Source: Ranitomeya imitator
Lineage: Eukaryota
Reading direction: 5' to 3'
Assembly (NCBI RefSeq): GCF_032444005.1
Contig: NC_091291.1
Coordinates: 120,652,001-120,716,000, forward strand
Length of the DNA: 64,000 nucleotides
Each line of letters starts with the position of its first letter. The stretch's first letter is position 1. Shown in pieces: positions 26,290-39,098 of this stretch. Below the pieces are notes generated by a model. That model worked only from the letters and a program-made list of their open reading frames with translations, was not told the origin of the DNA and did no database searches. The translations under genes and the position numbers were made by a program.

Positions 26290-27731
26290 CTGAAGTGAAA
26301 AGAGAAGTCATTGAGTTGCATCCGTGTCTCCACAAATCTGTTACTCAGAGCGGGATAGAATAAAAAGATTGTTATATCTGAGGATTTGAATCTCGGCAGC
26401 ACCAGGGAGGAGGGACACTGAGGAGCTGTCAATCAGGCTAAAGGGGTGGGGATTTTGTAAAACTTTCTGAAAGGATTATACAGCCACTCTAACATGGATT
26501 TTTAATGTAAATACAGCAGCCTTATCAGGCCTAAAATCTCAGTAATAATGTACGCAGTTTGCATTGTGAAATCTGGTGACAGGTAAACAGCTAACTGTTG
26601 TACAGAAATAAATAGACTAGAGAGAGGTGGCTGGGATCTTAGGAGTTAACTCCTCTCCTGGATTTATACTGATGCGTACTCTCATGCAAGCTTTGGTGGC
26701 CAAGCTTGATGGAAACATGCTGTACACTATGTAAAATAAAAGCTCTAATTGCAGGATAATAACAGCAGCTAGAAAAAGAAGTCAACTGCAAACTTGCATA
26801 TTTTTATGTTGTCTAACTAATGTAATTTAATAATATTAGAATACCCCTTTAATGACTGTAGGCAAAGCACAAAGGCATGGTTCTTTTTGACTAGATACCA
26901 CCTTCATTCTTGGACTTATCCAGACATATTTGTCAATTTTATCATGTCTGTCCAGCAGAAACGTAAATATTTGTCTTTATAGCCATGCCTCTTTTTCAGA
27001 ACATACCCCCAAGACATCTCTTCCCAGACCCTACTTACCTCTTCCATGCCATGCCCCTAGATGTGCATTTTGACAAACATCTAATCCTCCCGAAACCTAT
27101 TTTCCGTGAGGTTTCAGCAGCTTCTGGGAAATCTGACAACTCTTCAGGGAGGTTTCCTGTTTTTTTTTTTTTTCTCCCTAGGAACCTCGCAGACACTTTT
27201 TGAGATTGGTAAATTATGGACTAGTTACTAATACCAGCATTAGACGTTGGGGTGCATGCAGAGGACATAAAAGTGACCATAGAAGTGTCCAAGGGACCTC
27301 AGTACCCAGAATTGTGAAAATTGATAAACCTAGTAGAAATGCTCTGAATTCTCAGGACCTGGTCCATCGGTAATGTCAATTTTATGTTGCTACTGGACAG
27401 GAGACCTGATCACCTCCTACCTGGAATCATCCGTGGTTCTTCCTTTGATTAGCCGGCTTGGCACAGTGGTCAAGTACCTCATGCTGCAATAATGATGCCG
27501 TGTCAGGCTGAATAATCAAAAAAAGAGGGGTTGTGGATGCTGGTGGATAGGAGACGGCTACAGATTAGCGAAGATGCCGCTGGATCTGGTCATACAAATC
27601 TCCAATACCTGGCTCTTACCACATGGAAAGACACTAAGGCACAGGGACTGTTTAAAAGGAAAAAAAGGCAACCTTGACAAGACATGAATGGAAATATATG
27701 AAGTGATGGCAGCTTCGTTCATTAATATTAC

Positions 27732-27901
27732 CTGGATCCAGCCAGCGCAGAGGTCCTCTTGGACGCAGAATGTAAGCAGCGCTACCTACAAAGTCCCCAC
27801 CATCTGCTACTATGATACTGTCTTCCGGCAGAGCTTCTTCCACCAGATGCAAAACTTTCAGAGGATTTAGATGCCGTTCAGTTTTCTCTTCAGCCTTTTT
27901 T
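27732..27901 (-). CDS. ILVBL: ILVBL coding exon 11
   Basis: KKAEEKTERHLNPLKVLHLVEEALPEDSIIVADGGDFVGSAAYILRPRGPLRWLDP G|GTAAT; 170 bp. Confidence 0.95.
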
Positions 27902-28140
27902 CTGCAGGATAATAAATTAAAAGAAAGGAGCCATTGTTAAATATTTATTCTAGTCTACACAGCTTATCACCTATTTACCGGATTGCCAACTGTCACATCT
28001 ACGAGCCATTACTGATCGAGAGCAGGTAAAAAAAATGCAATTTGGAAGTGCTGATATCTCAGCTCAACATTGAATCCATAACAACATATAAAAAAAGAGA
28101 AAAATCCAGGGCATTTCCATCTGTAATGGTGATACATTAC

Positions 28141-28255
28141 TCGTTTGCCTTCTCTTTACTGATGTCTCCAGCCTTAAGGCCTTCTGTCCAGTCTGAGGGA
28201 CATGTGTATCCGCGGAGTCCTTCTGCAAGACTAACTATGAATGATCCAGCATCTC
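28141..28255 (-). CDS. ILVBL: ILVBL coding exon 10
   Basis: CTAG|GA GAT: (G)DAGSFIVSLAEGLRGYTCPSDWTEGLK...KAN GA|GTAAT; 115 bp. Confidence 0.93.
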
Positions 28256-28312
28256 CTAGAAGGGAAAAACAGTCTGAGAAACGTCTACTGAGAAGACAGT
28301 TATTTCGATACA

Positions 28313-31300
28313 AGAAAGAGGGATTTTTGGTTCTTACCATAAAATCTCTTTCTTGGAGCCTTCATTGGGGGACACTGGTAACCATCGGTGTATGCTGCTG
28401 TCGCTAGGAGGCTGACACTATGCAAAAAATAACTCCTCCCCGGCAGTATACACCCTCCGACAGGCACCCGGCAACTCAGTTGGTGCAAAAGCAGGAGTAG
28501 GAACGAGTATACAAAAAACTCAACCTATGTACCAACCCACAACAACGGCACGTTGGCCAATATGGTACAACATAAAAAGGGAGGGTGCTGGGTCCCCAAT
28601 GAAGGCTTCAAGAAAGATTTTACGGTAAGAACCAAAAATCCCTCTCTCTCGCTTCATTGGGAGACACAGGTAACCATGGGACGTCCAGAAGCAGTCCCCA
28701 GGGCGGGATAATAAGAATAGAAAACTAGGTCGGCTGGTGCAAAACCGCTGCCTGCAGTATCTTCGTACCCAGGCCTGCATCCGCAGAAGCCTGAAAGTGC
28801 ACCTTGTAGAATTTCACAAAGGTGTGGATGGACAACCAAGTTGCGGCCTTGCAAACCTGCGAGGCCGTAGCTTGGTGACGAACAGCCCAAGAAGCTCCCA
28901 CAGCCAGGGTAGAGTGAGCCCTCACCCCTGGGGGAGGCTGTTTGTCTTGAACACGGTGTGCCTCCAGCACCGCCGAACGGATCCACCTAGCAATTGTGAA
29001 CTTAAAGGCATGGAGCCACTTCTGACAACCTTCCGAGATGACAAGCAGGGTCGGACTGACGAAAAGGAGCAGTTCTGGCAAGGTAGACTCGGATAGCCCA
29101 GACCACATCCAAATTGTGGAGAGATTTCTCCAAAGGATATACTGGGGAAGGGCACAAAAAAAAGGAAGGACGATGTCTTCATTGATGTGAAAAGTCGAAA
29201 CCACCTTTGGTAAAAAAAGAAGGGACAGGCTGAAGGACAACTTTGTCCTGATGAAGGACCAGAAAGGGAGAACGACAGGACAATGCCGCCAACTCGGAAA
29301 CTCTCCTGATTGAGGTGATGGCAACCAAAAGAACTACTTTCTAGGAAAGAAGCGAAAAAGAGATGTCCCGAATCAGTTCAAAAGGCGTACACTGGAGGGT
29401 GCCGAGCACAAGGTTGAGGTCCCAAGGAGCGACCGGAGGATGGTAAGGAGGTGCAACATGAGCAACCCCCTGAAGGAAGGTCTCTTTGAAAGAATTAACA
29501 AGGCAGAAACCGGACCCTTTAACGTGCTCAGGGAGAAGTTCGAATCTAGACCAGACTGAAGAAATCCGAGAAGCGAAGGAAGGGAAAAAACCATAGGGGA
29601 TAGACCGTTGACGTCACACCATCGGAAAAAGGCCTTCCAACATCTATGGTATATACGGGAAGATGCCGGTTTCCTAGCTCTTATCATGGTTTGTATGACT
29701 CGTTGAGAAAAACCTGCGTCCTTCAGGATCGCGGCCTCAACGGCCATACCATTAAATTCAGAGACCGAGAACTCGGGTGGAAGAGGGGACCCTGCGATAG
29801 AAGATCTGGACGGTCTGGAAGCCTCCAAGGTACGTCCGATAACATGTTCACTAGCTCTGCGTACCAGAACCTGCGGCGCCAATCTGTAGCTGCTAAGAGA
29901 ACGGGAACTCCCTCTGACTAGCTTTTTTACAACCCTTGGAAGCAAGTAAAGAGGCGGGAACAGGTAAGGCATCTGAAACTGGGCCCACGAGATTACGAGA
30001 GCATCGCAGCAGACGGCCCTCAGATCCCGGGATCTGGATACGTACTGGGGAACCTTGTGGTTTGCTCGGGAGGCCATTAGGTCAACGTCCGGCACACCCC
30101 ACCTTAGGCAAATCTGGTCGAAAACAGCGGGGAGAAGAGCCCACTCGCCTAACATGAGCCCCTGACGGCTGAGAAAGTCGGCTTCCTAATAGTCCACCCC
30201 TGGGATGTGGACAGCTGATATGGAGGGAACGTGGTTCTCCGCCCACTGCAGAACTTTTGCCACCTCCGTCATGACTTGCTTGCTGCGAGTCCCTCCCTGA
30301 TGGTTTATGTAAGCCACAGCTGTGGCGTTGTCCGACTGAATGTGGACCGGTTTTCCTGAGAGGAAGGGGCTGCCAGCAGAGGAGGGCTAGAAAAAAAGCC
30401 CTGATTTCCAAGAGATTGATCCGGAGGCGTGCCTCTTGAGCAGTCCAGCGCCAGTGGGCCGTGAGGTGGAGAAAGACAGCACCCCAGCCCTGGAGACTGG
30501 CATCGGTGGTGATGACCTGCCAGCGGAGGGGGAGAAACGATCTCCCGTGCAGAATGGAAGTGGATAGCATCCACCAAGTGAGAGACTGTCTCACATCGAG
30601 AGGGAGGCAAACTGGGCGGTCTAAGGAGAGTGGATTCCTGTCCCAAACTGACAGAAGGGCCAGCTGGAGAGGGCGAGAGTGGAACTGAGCATAAGGGACC
30701 GCTTCCATGGAAGAGACCATCTTGCCCAGAACCCTCATGCCGAGCCGTAGAGGTAGAGAGGTAGGATGCTTTAAGACTTTGATGCCCCTCCGAAGAGAGA
30801 GGAATTTCTCCCTTGGGAGGAAGACCTAAGCCTGAATGGTGTCAAATTCCATGCCCAGGAATTCTAGACGCTGGGTCGGAATCAAGGTGGACTTTTGTTC
30901 GTTGATTATCCAACTGAGTCGGGTTAACGTGTCCAGAGTGATCTGACCGCAGTCGCGATGAGACGGACCCTTTACGAGGAGATTCTTGAGATGGGGATTC
31001 TTGTAATCCCCTTCGACCGAAGGATGGCCATGACCCCCGCCATTACCTTCGTCAAGACTCTGGGGGCGGACGCCAAGCCGAAAGGAAGAGCCGTGAATTG
31101 GAAATGTTGGTCCTGGATCGCGAAACGAAGGAACCTCTGATACTGAACACAAATCGGAATGTGCAGATACGCATCCCCAATGTCCACAGAGCACAGAAAT
31201 TCTCCCGGTTCCATGGAGGCAATCACAGAGCGCAAGGACTGCATCTTTAAGTGCCGAACCCGGAGGTGGCGGTTCAACCATTTTAAGTCCAAGATTGGGC

Positions 31301-32553
31301 GAAGAGAGCCGTCTTTTTTTCAGAACTACAAATAGATTTGAGTAAAAACCGGAAAACCGCTGGCTGGAAGGTACTGGGACGATTACCCCTGAGGCAAGAA
31401 GGAAATCGACCGCCTGAAAAAGCCCTGGGACATGGGAGGGCTGTTTGGGTGGGCGGGAGAGGAAAAAACATCTTCCTGGGGGCGACAAAAATTCTATTTT
31501 GTAACCTGATGTGACAATCTCCCTGACCCAGGCGTCGTCGATCACCGATAGCCAAAGCTCTGTGAACAGAAGAAGCCTGCCTCCCACCCTGGAAAGATTT
31601 CCAGGTGGGGGTGACCCATCATTTGGAAGAAAAGCTGTGGTCGCGAGAACTGGAAGATTTGGAGGAGCGGCCTTTAGTTCTCCAGTGAAGGGTAGGCCTG
31701 AAAGAAGGCTTCCTTCGGTCCCTCAGAGCAGCCTATCATGTGAATATCAAGGAATATGTGGAAAAAGCGCGCTGCGAGGAAAGAGGCGTGAGATTTAAAT
31801 AAAAGAGCGCCCGATGGTCCCCGAATCCCATAGCCCGGTAACGGAGCACCCGTGCAGCGGCGAGTGCTGCTGGATAATAAAGTTAAGTGCACTTGCATGG
31901 AGATTGCGACGAAGCAGGGACTGGGGGGGGGGGGTTGCTTGAAGATCTTCCTACCTGAAGATGAGGAACGCATCAGGATCCCTTGATGGCAGAAAGGGTC
32001 CTGGGAGATGTGGTTCTCCTTCCTGCGCTATATCAACCGGCGCAGAAGATGGCGTCAACCCCTTAAACCGCAGGTGACCACCATCTTCCTCTCAGCCCAC
32101 TCTGAGGTGAGAGATGAGAGGGGGGAAGGCAAGGACTGGCCACCGAAAGTAAACATGAACACCCCAGGGTGACATGAAACAAAGTCCTGCCCAACGGATC
32201 TGAGAGGGTGCGATGTGGGCGATACCACACTGCTCTCTCGGTCACTTAATGCGGGGAATCGGGGTGAGAAGAACTGCACCCTGTAACACCCAGAAGTGTA
32301 TCTGAAACAAAAGGGAAAAAGATTAATAAACACACACAATCCCTGAAAGAAAAAGAAATGCCAATCTGGTGTTAGATCCAGGTTCGCCTCCTACAGACAC
32401 TAAGCAAAAAACTGAGTTGAGTTGCCGGGTGCCTGTCGGAGGGTGTATACTGCCGGGGATGAGTTATTATTCTTTATTTGCATAGTGTCAGCCACCTAGC
32501 GACAGCAGCATACACCCATGGTTACCTGTGTCCCCAATGAAGCGAGAAAGAAA
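28313..32553 (-). mobile_element. DIRS1-type YR retrotransposon, internally deleted and frameshifted, in an ILVBL intron
   Basis: ITRs ~28350-28470 / ~32410-32545; internal complementary region ~28593-28680 matching both termini; RT 30826-31587, RNase H 30082-30738, methyltransferase-like ~29900-30150, YR 28725-29700 (VRAHSTLAVGASWA). Confidence 0.92.
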
Positions 32554-32669
32554 TAGCTTTTAGCATAGCCAAATGCTGTTTTAGAATCTCACACTTATTC
32601 CTCGGTAATTGAAGAGAAACTGCTATTTTGCTATGCGCCTACTCTCAAAGATAAGCTATTATTTGCTTT

Positions 32670-33135
32670 ACAAAGCTGAATTGAATATCTTGTAAAATTC
32701 TCTGAGCCTCACAGATTCTGCCGCTCTTTTCCATTTTGCACTGCATCGCTCCATTGTGGAGATATTCACATATTTTGCTTTTGGAACGCAGTATGTGAAA
32801 TCTCTGTTTGTAGTCCAACTGGGCATTTCTTCAAAGTCTTCTCAGGGAACGTTCACTTTTGCCTCACCCTCAAAGATTCTGCGGATAACAACTCGGTACC
32901 ATCTGAAACAGCTGCAGAGCTGTAATTGGCAGTGTTTGGGAGGCAGACATGATGACCCCAGAGAAGACTCTAAAGAAACATCCCGTTGGAACATCAAGCA
33001 GAGATTTCACATAGTGCTCCAAAAGCAACAAGTGTGAATATCTCTGCAATGGAACGATGCGGTGTTAAACGGAAAAGTGCAGCAGAATCAGAAGTGCTCA
33101 TGGATTTTTACAAAGTATTAATTCGATTTTTTAAA
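32670..33135. mobile_element. Near-palindromic MITE
   Basis: Left and right halves are imperfect reverse complements (e.g. GAGATATTCACA / TGTGAATATCTC). Confidence 0.55.
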
Positions 33136-33667
33136 GCAAGTGACAGTTCATCTTTAAAAATATAGGGTCAATATAACATAGAGCCTAATGCATACAGACC
33201 TAAATCTGGATCCATAATACAAACTTGTTTTATAGACTGTGCGTCTTAGTGTAGTTCTGTCAGGTTAATAATAAATCTAATGGAACAGTCTGTGAAACAT
33301 CCACAATTTAATTTTTTCATGGTCTTCCATCTTTATAATAAAAATGTTGCACCAAGTTTATAATTTATCACATATCCAATGGATAGGAAATAACGCACTA
33401 ATCATTTGGACCCACACCAGTCCCAAGCACGGGGATCTGCAGAACCCTACATGATCCATTCATTCTTTATAGGACTGTCAGACAGATCTGGAATTATGGG
33501 GAATACCACCAATAGTAGGTCCAACAGCGATCAATAAGTCATGTTATATATTGGGGATAACTTGGAAGAAGTCCTTTACATTTATATTCTCAAGCCAGAA
33601 AAAAAAAAAAAAAAAAAAAGAATAAAAGAAGAAGAAAATACTCCCATATTGGACTTAGAAATATTAC

Positions 33668-33802
33668 CTTGAATAGCAACGGTTGGCTTCCAAAACATAT
33701 CAGAGTTCTTCAAGAGCTGAGAGCGGTCTCTGTTCACAGCGATGATCTTACTACGTCTGTTCAACACACGGCCATAGGAAAGTCGAAAATCACACACTGT
33801 AC
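33668..33802 (-). CDS. ILVBL: ILVBL coding exon 9
   Basis: TTAG|GT ACA: (G)TVCDFRLSYGRVLNRRSKIIAVNRD...WKPTVAIQ G|GTAAT; 135 bp. Confidence 0.95.
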
Positions 33803-34720
33803 CTAAATTATTAATAAAACGAGAACGATGAGATGAGGTTACAAATGAGAGAGCTTGTTGTAAAAGTCAAAGATGTCCATTTATATGGTCAGCCATATGG
33901 TCCTATGGTTTGAGCTGAAATCTGACTGCAAGTTTACAACTTCAGAGACCTTCAATTATCTCCTTAGACCTCTCCCAACATTGATGTGTCCCAGTTTGGA
34001 ACTTTATCATTATGCGCAAAGATATCTGTCTGGAAGTGAAATTTTCACCTGAACATAAATAGTTTCACCAAAGACGATAAAGGATAACCCTTAAAAGTGT
34101 AACTAAAGTTTTATTTATTGTTTAATAATTTTGTCCAGCATGGAAAGTTATAAAAGTTTGAAAATCACTTTATTAGTGGATTTATCTTTTCGATGTTAAA
34201 AAATAAAAAATTACAAAATTTGTAGGTGGTTTCCAAACCCCTGCCTTTCCCCAATTTGGAGTACAGATGATGGCAGTGATGGGTCAGCTCTGGCACTACG
34301 TCTCATTAACTCTGGAAAGAAGCTGGTGCAGAGGACTGGTCTGATAAAGCAGGAGGAGGAGACAGGGGCTGACCCATCACTGCCATCATCTGTACTCCAA
34401 ATGAGTAAGTTCTGATATAAATGCAGCTGAAGACAGAACGTACTTATGTGAAGTACAGATGATGGCAATAAAAGGGTCAACACCTTCCTCCACACCCAAG
34501 TGTTCTGCTAACCCTAACAATCTCCGTCAGTAGCTTAACCCTAGAGACAGATGCTGAGCTGAGCCTCTCACTGCCAGTATCAGTACTCCAAATGAGTATG
34601 AGCTGCTTGGAAGCAACTTCCATGCATTTTTTTTTTTACATGGAAAGGAAGACATAGCCTAATAAAGTGGTTTGGAAAGTTTCATAAATTTTCATGCTGG
34701 ACAATATTATTTTTTAAAAA

Positions 34721-34776
34721 TAGGGATTTTTGTGTACTCACCGTAAAATCCTTTTCTCCGAGCCACTCATTGGGGA
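34721..34776 (-). mobile_element. Isolated DIRS 3'-terminal tip remnant
   Basis: GGGATTTTTGTGTACTCACCGTAAAATCCTTTTCTCCGAGCCACTCATTGGGG resembles the termini at 28321 and 60992. Confidence 0.65.
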
Positions 34777-34829
34777 AAGTGAAAGTTTAGTTACTCTTTT
34801 AAAATAATTAACCGGGTGCAGCTCCTTAC

Positions 34830-34966
34830 CAGCCAGGATTACTAAATCCGCCTCCTTAAGAGCATCCCTTCGATTCTGACGTATATGTATGGGGCTGTCT
34901 CTTCCCAGCATGCCTCTAGCCATTCCACCCAAGAAAGACGGGATACCCAAAGTTTCCAAGGCCTTC
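34830..34966 (-). CDS. ILVBL: ILVBL coding exon 8
   Basis: [46 protein letters not shown]|GTAAG; 137 bp. Confidence 0.95.
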
Positions 34967-35043
34967 CTGAAGGACGAGAAAAACTGGATTTTTTTCTTCT
35001 TTTTTCGACACCAGCCTTATAGTAGGGCACTAAGGTGTAGTAC

Positions 35044-35141
35044 CTGAGATTGTCCACAGGTGTTGGGGGCAGAGTGCACTGACTGCCCAGGATGAAGACA
35101 GGTTTCTTAGCGCGGCTCAACAGTTCCACACACTTCTGGAT
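35044..35141 (-). CDS. ILVBL: ILVBL coding exon 7
   Basis: GCAG|ATC: IQKCVELLSRAKKPVFILGSQCTLPPTPVDNL AG|GTACT; 98 bp. Confidence 0.95.
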
Positions 35142-35348
35142 CTGCAGAACCAAAAAGCACAAGATTGATTTGAAGCGATATCGGACATCACAAGCTATAT
35201 GGAGTTTTTCGGAGGGGGAGATATATCGGTGATTTATGAGAAAACCCAAATAGGAAGCAAATGGCTGAATCTCCAATAAGTGACTTACATTCATTAATTA
35301 CAAAACAACAAAAGTATTCAACCCCCATTGGGGCTCCAACTCCCTGAC

Positions 35349-35448
35349 CTGCTCAGTCGTGGCCTTGGGGATGGAGACGGGAAGAGGGGAAGTGTCTCTT
35401 GGCTCCCAGGCTCCAGCAAACAGGTTATTCAGATGATTCTGCAAGTAC
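35349..35448 (-). CDS. ILVBL: ILVBL coding exon 6
   Basis: YLQNHLNNLFAGAWEPRDTSPLPVSIPKATTEQ|GTCAG; 100 bp. Confidence 0.95.
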
Positions 35449-36105
35449 CTACGGGGTGGGAAAATAAAATATTGATAGTTATAATACTGACCCATCTCAA
35501 GCCGTACTAATATAGAATCAAAGAACAGTTCCTACCGTCACTTATAAAAAAAAAAAAAAAAGGGGGGTAAAATTGCATTTACGAATATGGAATTTCTGTG
35601 CAATTTTCAGTAGTGGTCTACCATTGCAATGTGCTATATACTCTCAGGGCCATGGGTAGCAGTACAAATGAACATAAGAAGCTTTGTGATATATCTAATC
35701 TGAGAAATGTGATTTTTTTTTTGTCCACTTATAAGCCATTTCTTTTCTTCACTCTGCCTCCTGAACTCATCATTCATCTTGAAAAAAAGACCCCAGCTCA
35801 AATCCATCTTGGTGAAAACAAGATGATCTACCAGCTTAGAGAGAGATCAGATCACAGATGTGTATTGAGGTCTATGGAATGGGGAGGAGAAAAGGAGAAG
35901 CAGAGAGACGGGTGCACTGCTGCTTTCTAGTAAGTGTTTATCTCATCCCAGTGCTAGATTTACAGAGATACTGTTCAGTGCAGATGCTGCTTCTGAAAAA
36001 TGTGCTGCATAAAGACGGGAGAGTAGGACTCCCTCATACAGGGCATCTCTACGAGACATCATTGTCTCCACCAACTAACTCAGAGACAACTGAAAATTAG
36101 AGTTA

Positions 36106-37418
36106 GGCCGGCGTCACACTAGGGAGTTTTACGGACGTATGAGCGCATAAAATACGTCCGTAAAAATACGTCCTCATATGAACTCGAGCCTGGGAGCTTT
36201 CTAGGAAAGTTCCCACGCTCCAGGAACAGCCAGCAGATGGCGCCTCACCGCAAATGAAGGTAAATATAGGTCATTGACCTACTTTACCTTCATTCTCCGG
36301 GGTTTTGCAGCCAGGAGCAGCGCTGCATTAGCAGAGCTCATGGCTGCAAAATATTTTAACACCTTCCGATGGATTTACATCGTGGGACGTTACAGATCTT
36401 CAGAAGGTATGTATATTGTTGGTTTATTTGTTACAGAGCGAGGGTCTTCAGAAGGATTGAGCGAAGAATAAATTACTACAACAACCTTTGTTTTTATTTC
36501 ATTAAAATAATTTTTAATAATGTGTTTGTGTTTTTTTTAACCCTTTACTAGTATTGGATTAATGATGGATAGGTGTCATAATTGACGCCTCTCCATTATT
36601 AATTTGGCTTAATGTCACCTTACAATAGCAAGGTGACATTAACCCTTCAGTACCCCATATCCCACCGCTACACAGGAATGGGAAGAGAGTGGCCAAGTGC
36701 CAGAATAGGCGCATTTTCTAGATGTGCCTTTTCTGGGGTGGCTGGGGGCAGGTGTTTTTAGCCAGGGGGGGGGGGGGCGCAATAACCGTGGACCCTCTCC
36801 AGGCTATTAATATCTGCCCTCAGTCACTGGCTTTACTACTCTGGCGGAGAAAAATGCGCAGGAGCCCACACCAATTTTTTCCGCCATTTAACCCTTTAAT
36901 TTAATAGCTAGAACGGCCAAATTTTGCATATACACACTACTAACATTAGTAGTGTGGAATATGCAAAAAAAAAAAATGGGGATATGAGATGGTTTACTGT
37001 ATGTAAACCATGTCTCATATCATGTCGGGTTTAGGAAGGAGATAGCAAAAGCCGGCAATTGAATTACCGGCTTTAAAGNNNNNNNNNNNNNNNNNNNNNN
37101 NNNNNNNNNNNNNNNNNNNNNNNNNNNNNNNNNNNNNNNNNNNNNNNNNNNNNNNNNNNNNNNNNNNNNNNNNNNNNNNNNNNNNNNNNNNNNNNNNNNN
37201 NNNNNNNNNNTGTATAGCCGTATGTCGGTTTTGCAAGCCTGCGAGAAAAACACGCAGTACGGATGCCATGCGGATTACATACGGAGGATGCCATGCGCAA
37301 AAAACGCTGAAACACCCTGCCTACGGAGGAGCTACGGACCACTATTTTGGGGACTTTTCAGCGTATTACGGCCGTAATATACGGACCGTATTGTCTTACG
37401 CTGAGTGTGACTCCAGCC
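36106..37418. mobile_element. TWA-target (PIF/Harbinger-like) MITE containing an assembly gap
   Basis: TTA|GGCCGGCGTCACACT...AGTGTGACTCCAGCC|TTA. Confidence 0.8.
37079..37210. other. Assembly gap (N run)
   Basis: 132 Ns. Confidence 1.
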
Positions 37419-37422
37419 TTAA

Positions 37423-37866
37423 AGGGGTTGTCCACTACTCGTACCAACCCTTATCAATCCCAAGGCTTTTTCCAAGTAAAATAACTCTTTACACTCACCT
37501 CCAATACCGGCGTCATTCACTGCCTCCACCGGAGATTGCGCCACATTATGTCATGCGATCCCTGCAACCGATGAGCGCTGCCTTCACTGTTCCCTCCAAC
37601 AGATGTGATCAGATATCCGGAGGAAATGGAAGCTGCAGCTGTTCTCTCACTTTCTCCAATGACGTGATATGTCCAAAGGAGGGAACAGTGAAGCCAACAA
37701 TGACTTGGCTGCAGGGATTGCATGACATAATGTCACGTGATCCCTGGGAGAGGTAGCGCCGACACTGCTGGAACGGCGCCAGCAACAGAGGCGAGTATAA
37801 GTGTTAAAAAATTTTTGGGAGACACATGGAAATTGAGAAAGGTTGTCTGAGCAGTGGACAACTCCT
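37423..37866. mobile_element. TTAA-target (T2/Kolobok-type) MITE
   Basis: TTAA|AGGGGTTGTCCACT...AGTGGACAACTCCT|TTAA. Confidence 0.8.
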
Positions 37867-37991
37867 TTAAAGTCTGCAGAGGGAAAAACTGTAGGATGCA
37901 AGTCATATAATACACATTTGTACATCACTCTTATACCAGATAGAAGGGCGCAGCTGTATCTGAATACCAAGCCAGCTAATATTTCACTTAC

Positions 37992-38103
37992 CAGCTGATT
38001 ATTTTTCCCATGATCCCTTTCGGGGCTCCTTTTGGGGCTAGCTCTTTTTGGATGACATGATACGGATATAGAATATCGATAGGAAATTCTACAAAAACAG
38101 GGC
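37992..38103 (-). CDS. ILVBL: ILVBL coding exon 5
   Basis: (G)PVFVEFPIDILYPYHVIQKELAPKGAPKGIMGKIIS TG|GTAAG; 112 bp. Confidence 0.95.
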
Positions 38104-38601
38104 CTGTAAATGCAAGAAGGAATTAGGCAAACATTCTGATTTCAACAAATCTATTAAAATTCATGATACAATTTTTGCAGCACTTTATGTAATTTTGCAG
38201 CATTTTTTTTGCTGCCAAGTTGTACAAAGCATCTTCCTATGTCTGATTAAATCCCTATCTGCTCCAAGACAATCAACAAATCAGAGATCTGGTCAGTTGA
38301 CTTTCTTGTGCTCTCAGCCTATCAGAGGGTGTCCTGCTGGAATCTGGCAGCAGGTGCTTGCTTCTCAGTGCAGCGCCTCCACAGGTGAAATAAGGTATTA
38401 CACAATTCCTACTGGAATCTATGGGCTGCATGTGTAGTGCAGCAACATGAAAAGGTCCTCCAGCAGGGCTGTAGCTATAGTGGATGAAGTCGGGCCCTCT
38501 GGTCTAGATGGTCTGTTTGGTCCATATAAAAAGAGCAATATTATTAATTAAGGACCTGGCATAGTTGGGAGATTGGTGTCCACAAACTTCAAGCTACTCA
38601 C

Positions 38602-38740
38602 CAGGAGTTCCTGACTGGGCCTCAGCTAGAGCTTTCTTTAACACCGGGACAATGTCACGTATCGTCCTGACAGATGCACAAAATTTACAAATGGGCTTGA
38701 AAAGGGACAATTGGTCTATATCCTGGAGAGCTCCTCGCCC
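38602..38740 (-). CDS. ILVBL: ILVBL coding exon 4
   Basis: GRGALQDIDQLSLFKPICKFCASVRTIRDIVPVLKKALAEAQSGTP G|GTGAG; 139 bp. Confidence 0.95.
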
Positions 38741-38970
38741 CTAGATTAAAAAAAAAAAAAAAAAAAAGGAGAAAAAAGGAAACATAAAATATACCAGCAA
38801 TACTAAATATATCCATAAATTGCTTTCTTCTTGGTGGAGGGCAAAGCACGTTCATCCTGGGCCTCCTGTTTCAGATGGCTGTGTGCATGTTACTGCAGGT
38901 GAGAGCGCGGTGCACGATACAGGTTCTCTTTTCCTGATTCTTAGGACCCTGGTGTCATGCACCGTCTTAC

Positions 38971-39098
38971 CTGTAGCAATGTTGCCGCTGCTCCACCGAT
39001 CAGCAGCAGGGGGGACTCCGCCATCTGAGCATTTTTAACAGCAGTCACAGTATTGGTTAATCCTGGACCGGCTGTCACTGCTGCCACACCGACCGTAC
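38971..39098 (-). CDS. ILVBL: ILVBL coding exon 3
   Basis: (G)[42 protein letters not shown]|GTAAG; 128 bp. Confidence 0.95.

Noticed and set aside
37015-37342. ORFs containing long X runs (also 59510-59704)
   Set aside because: They span assembly gaps.
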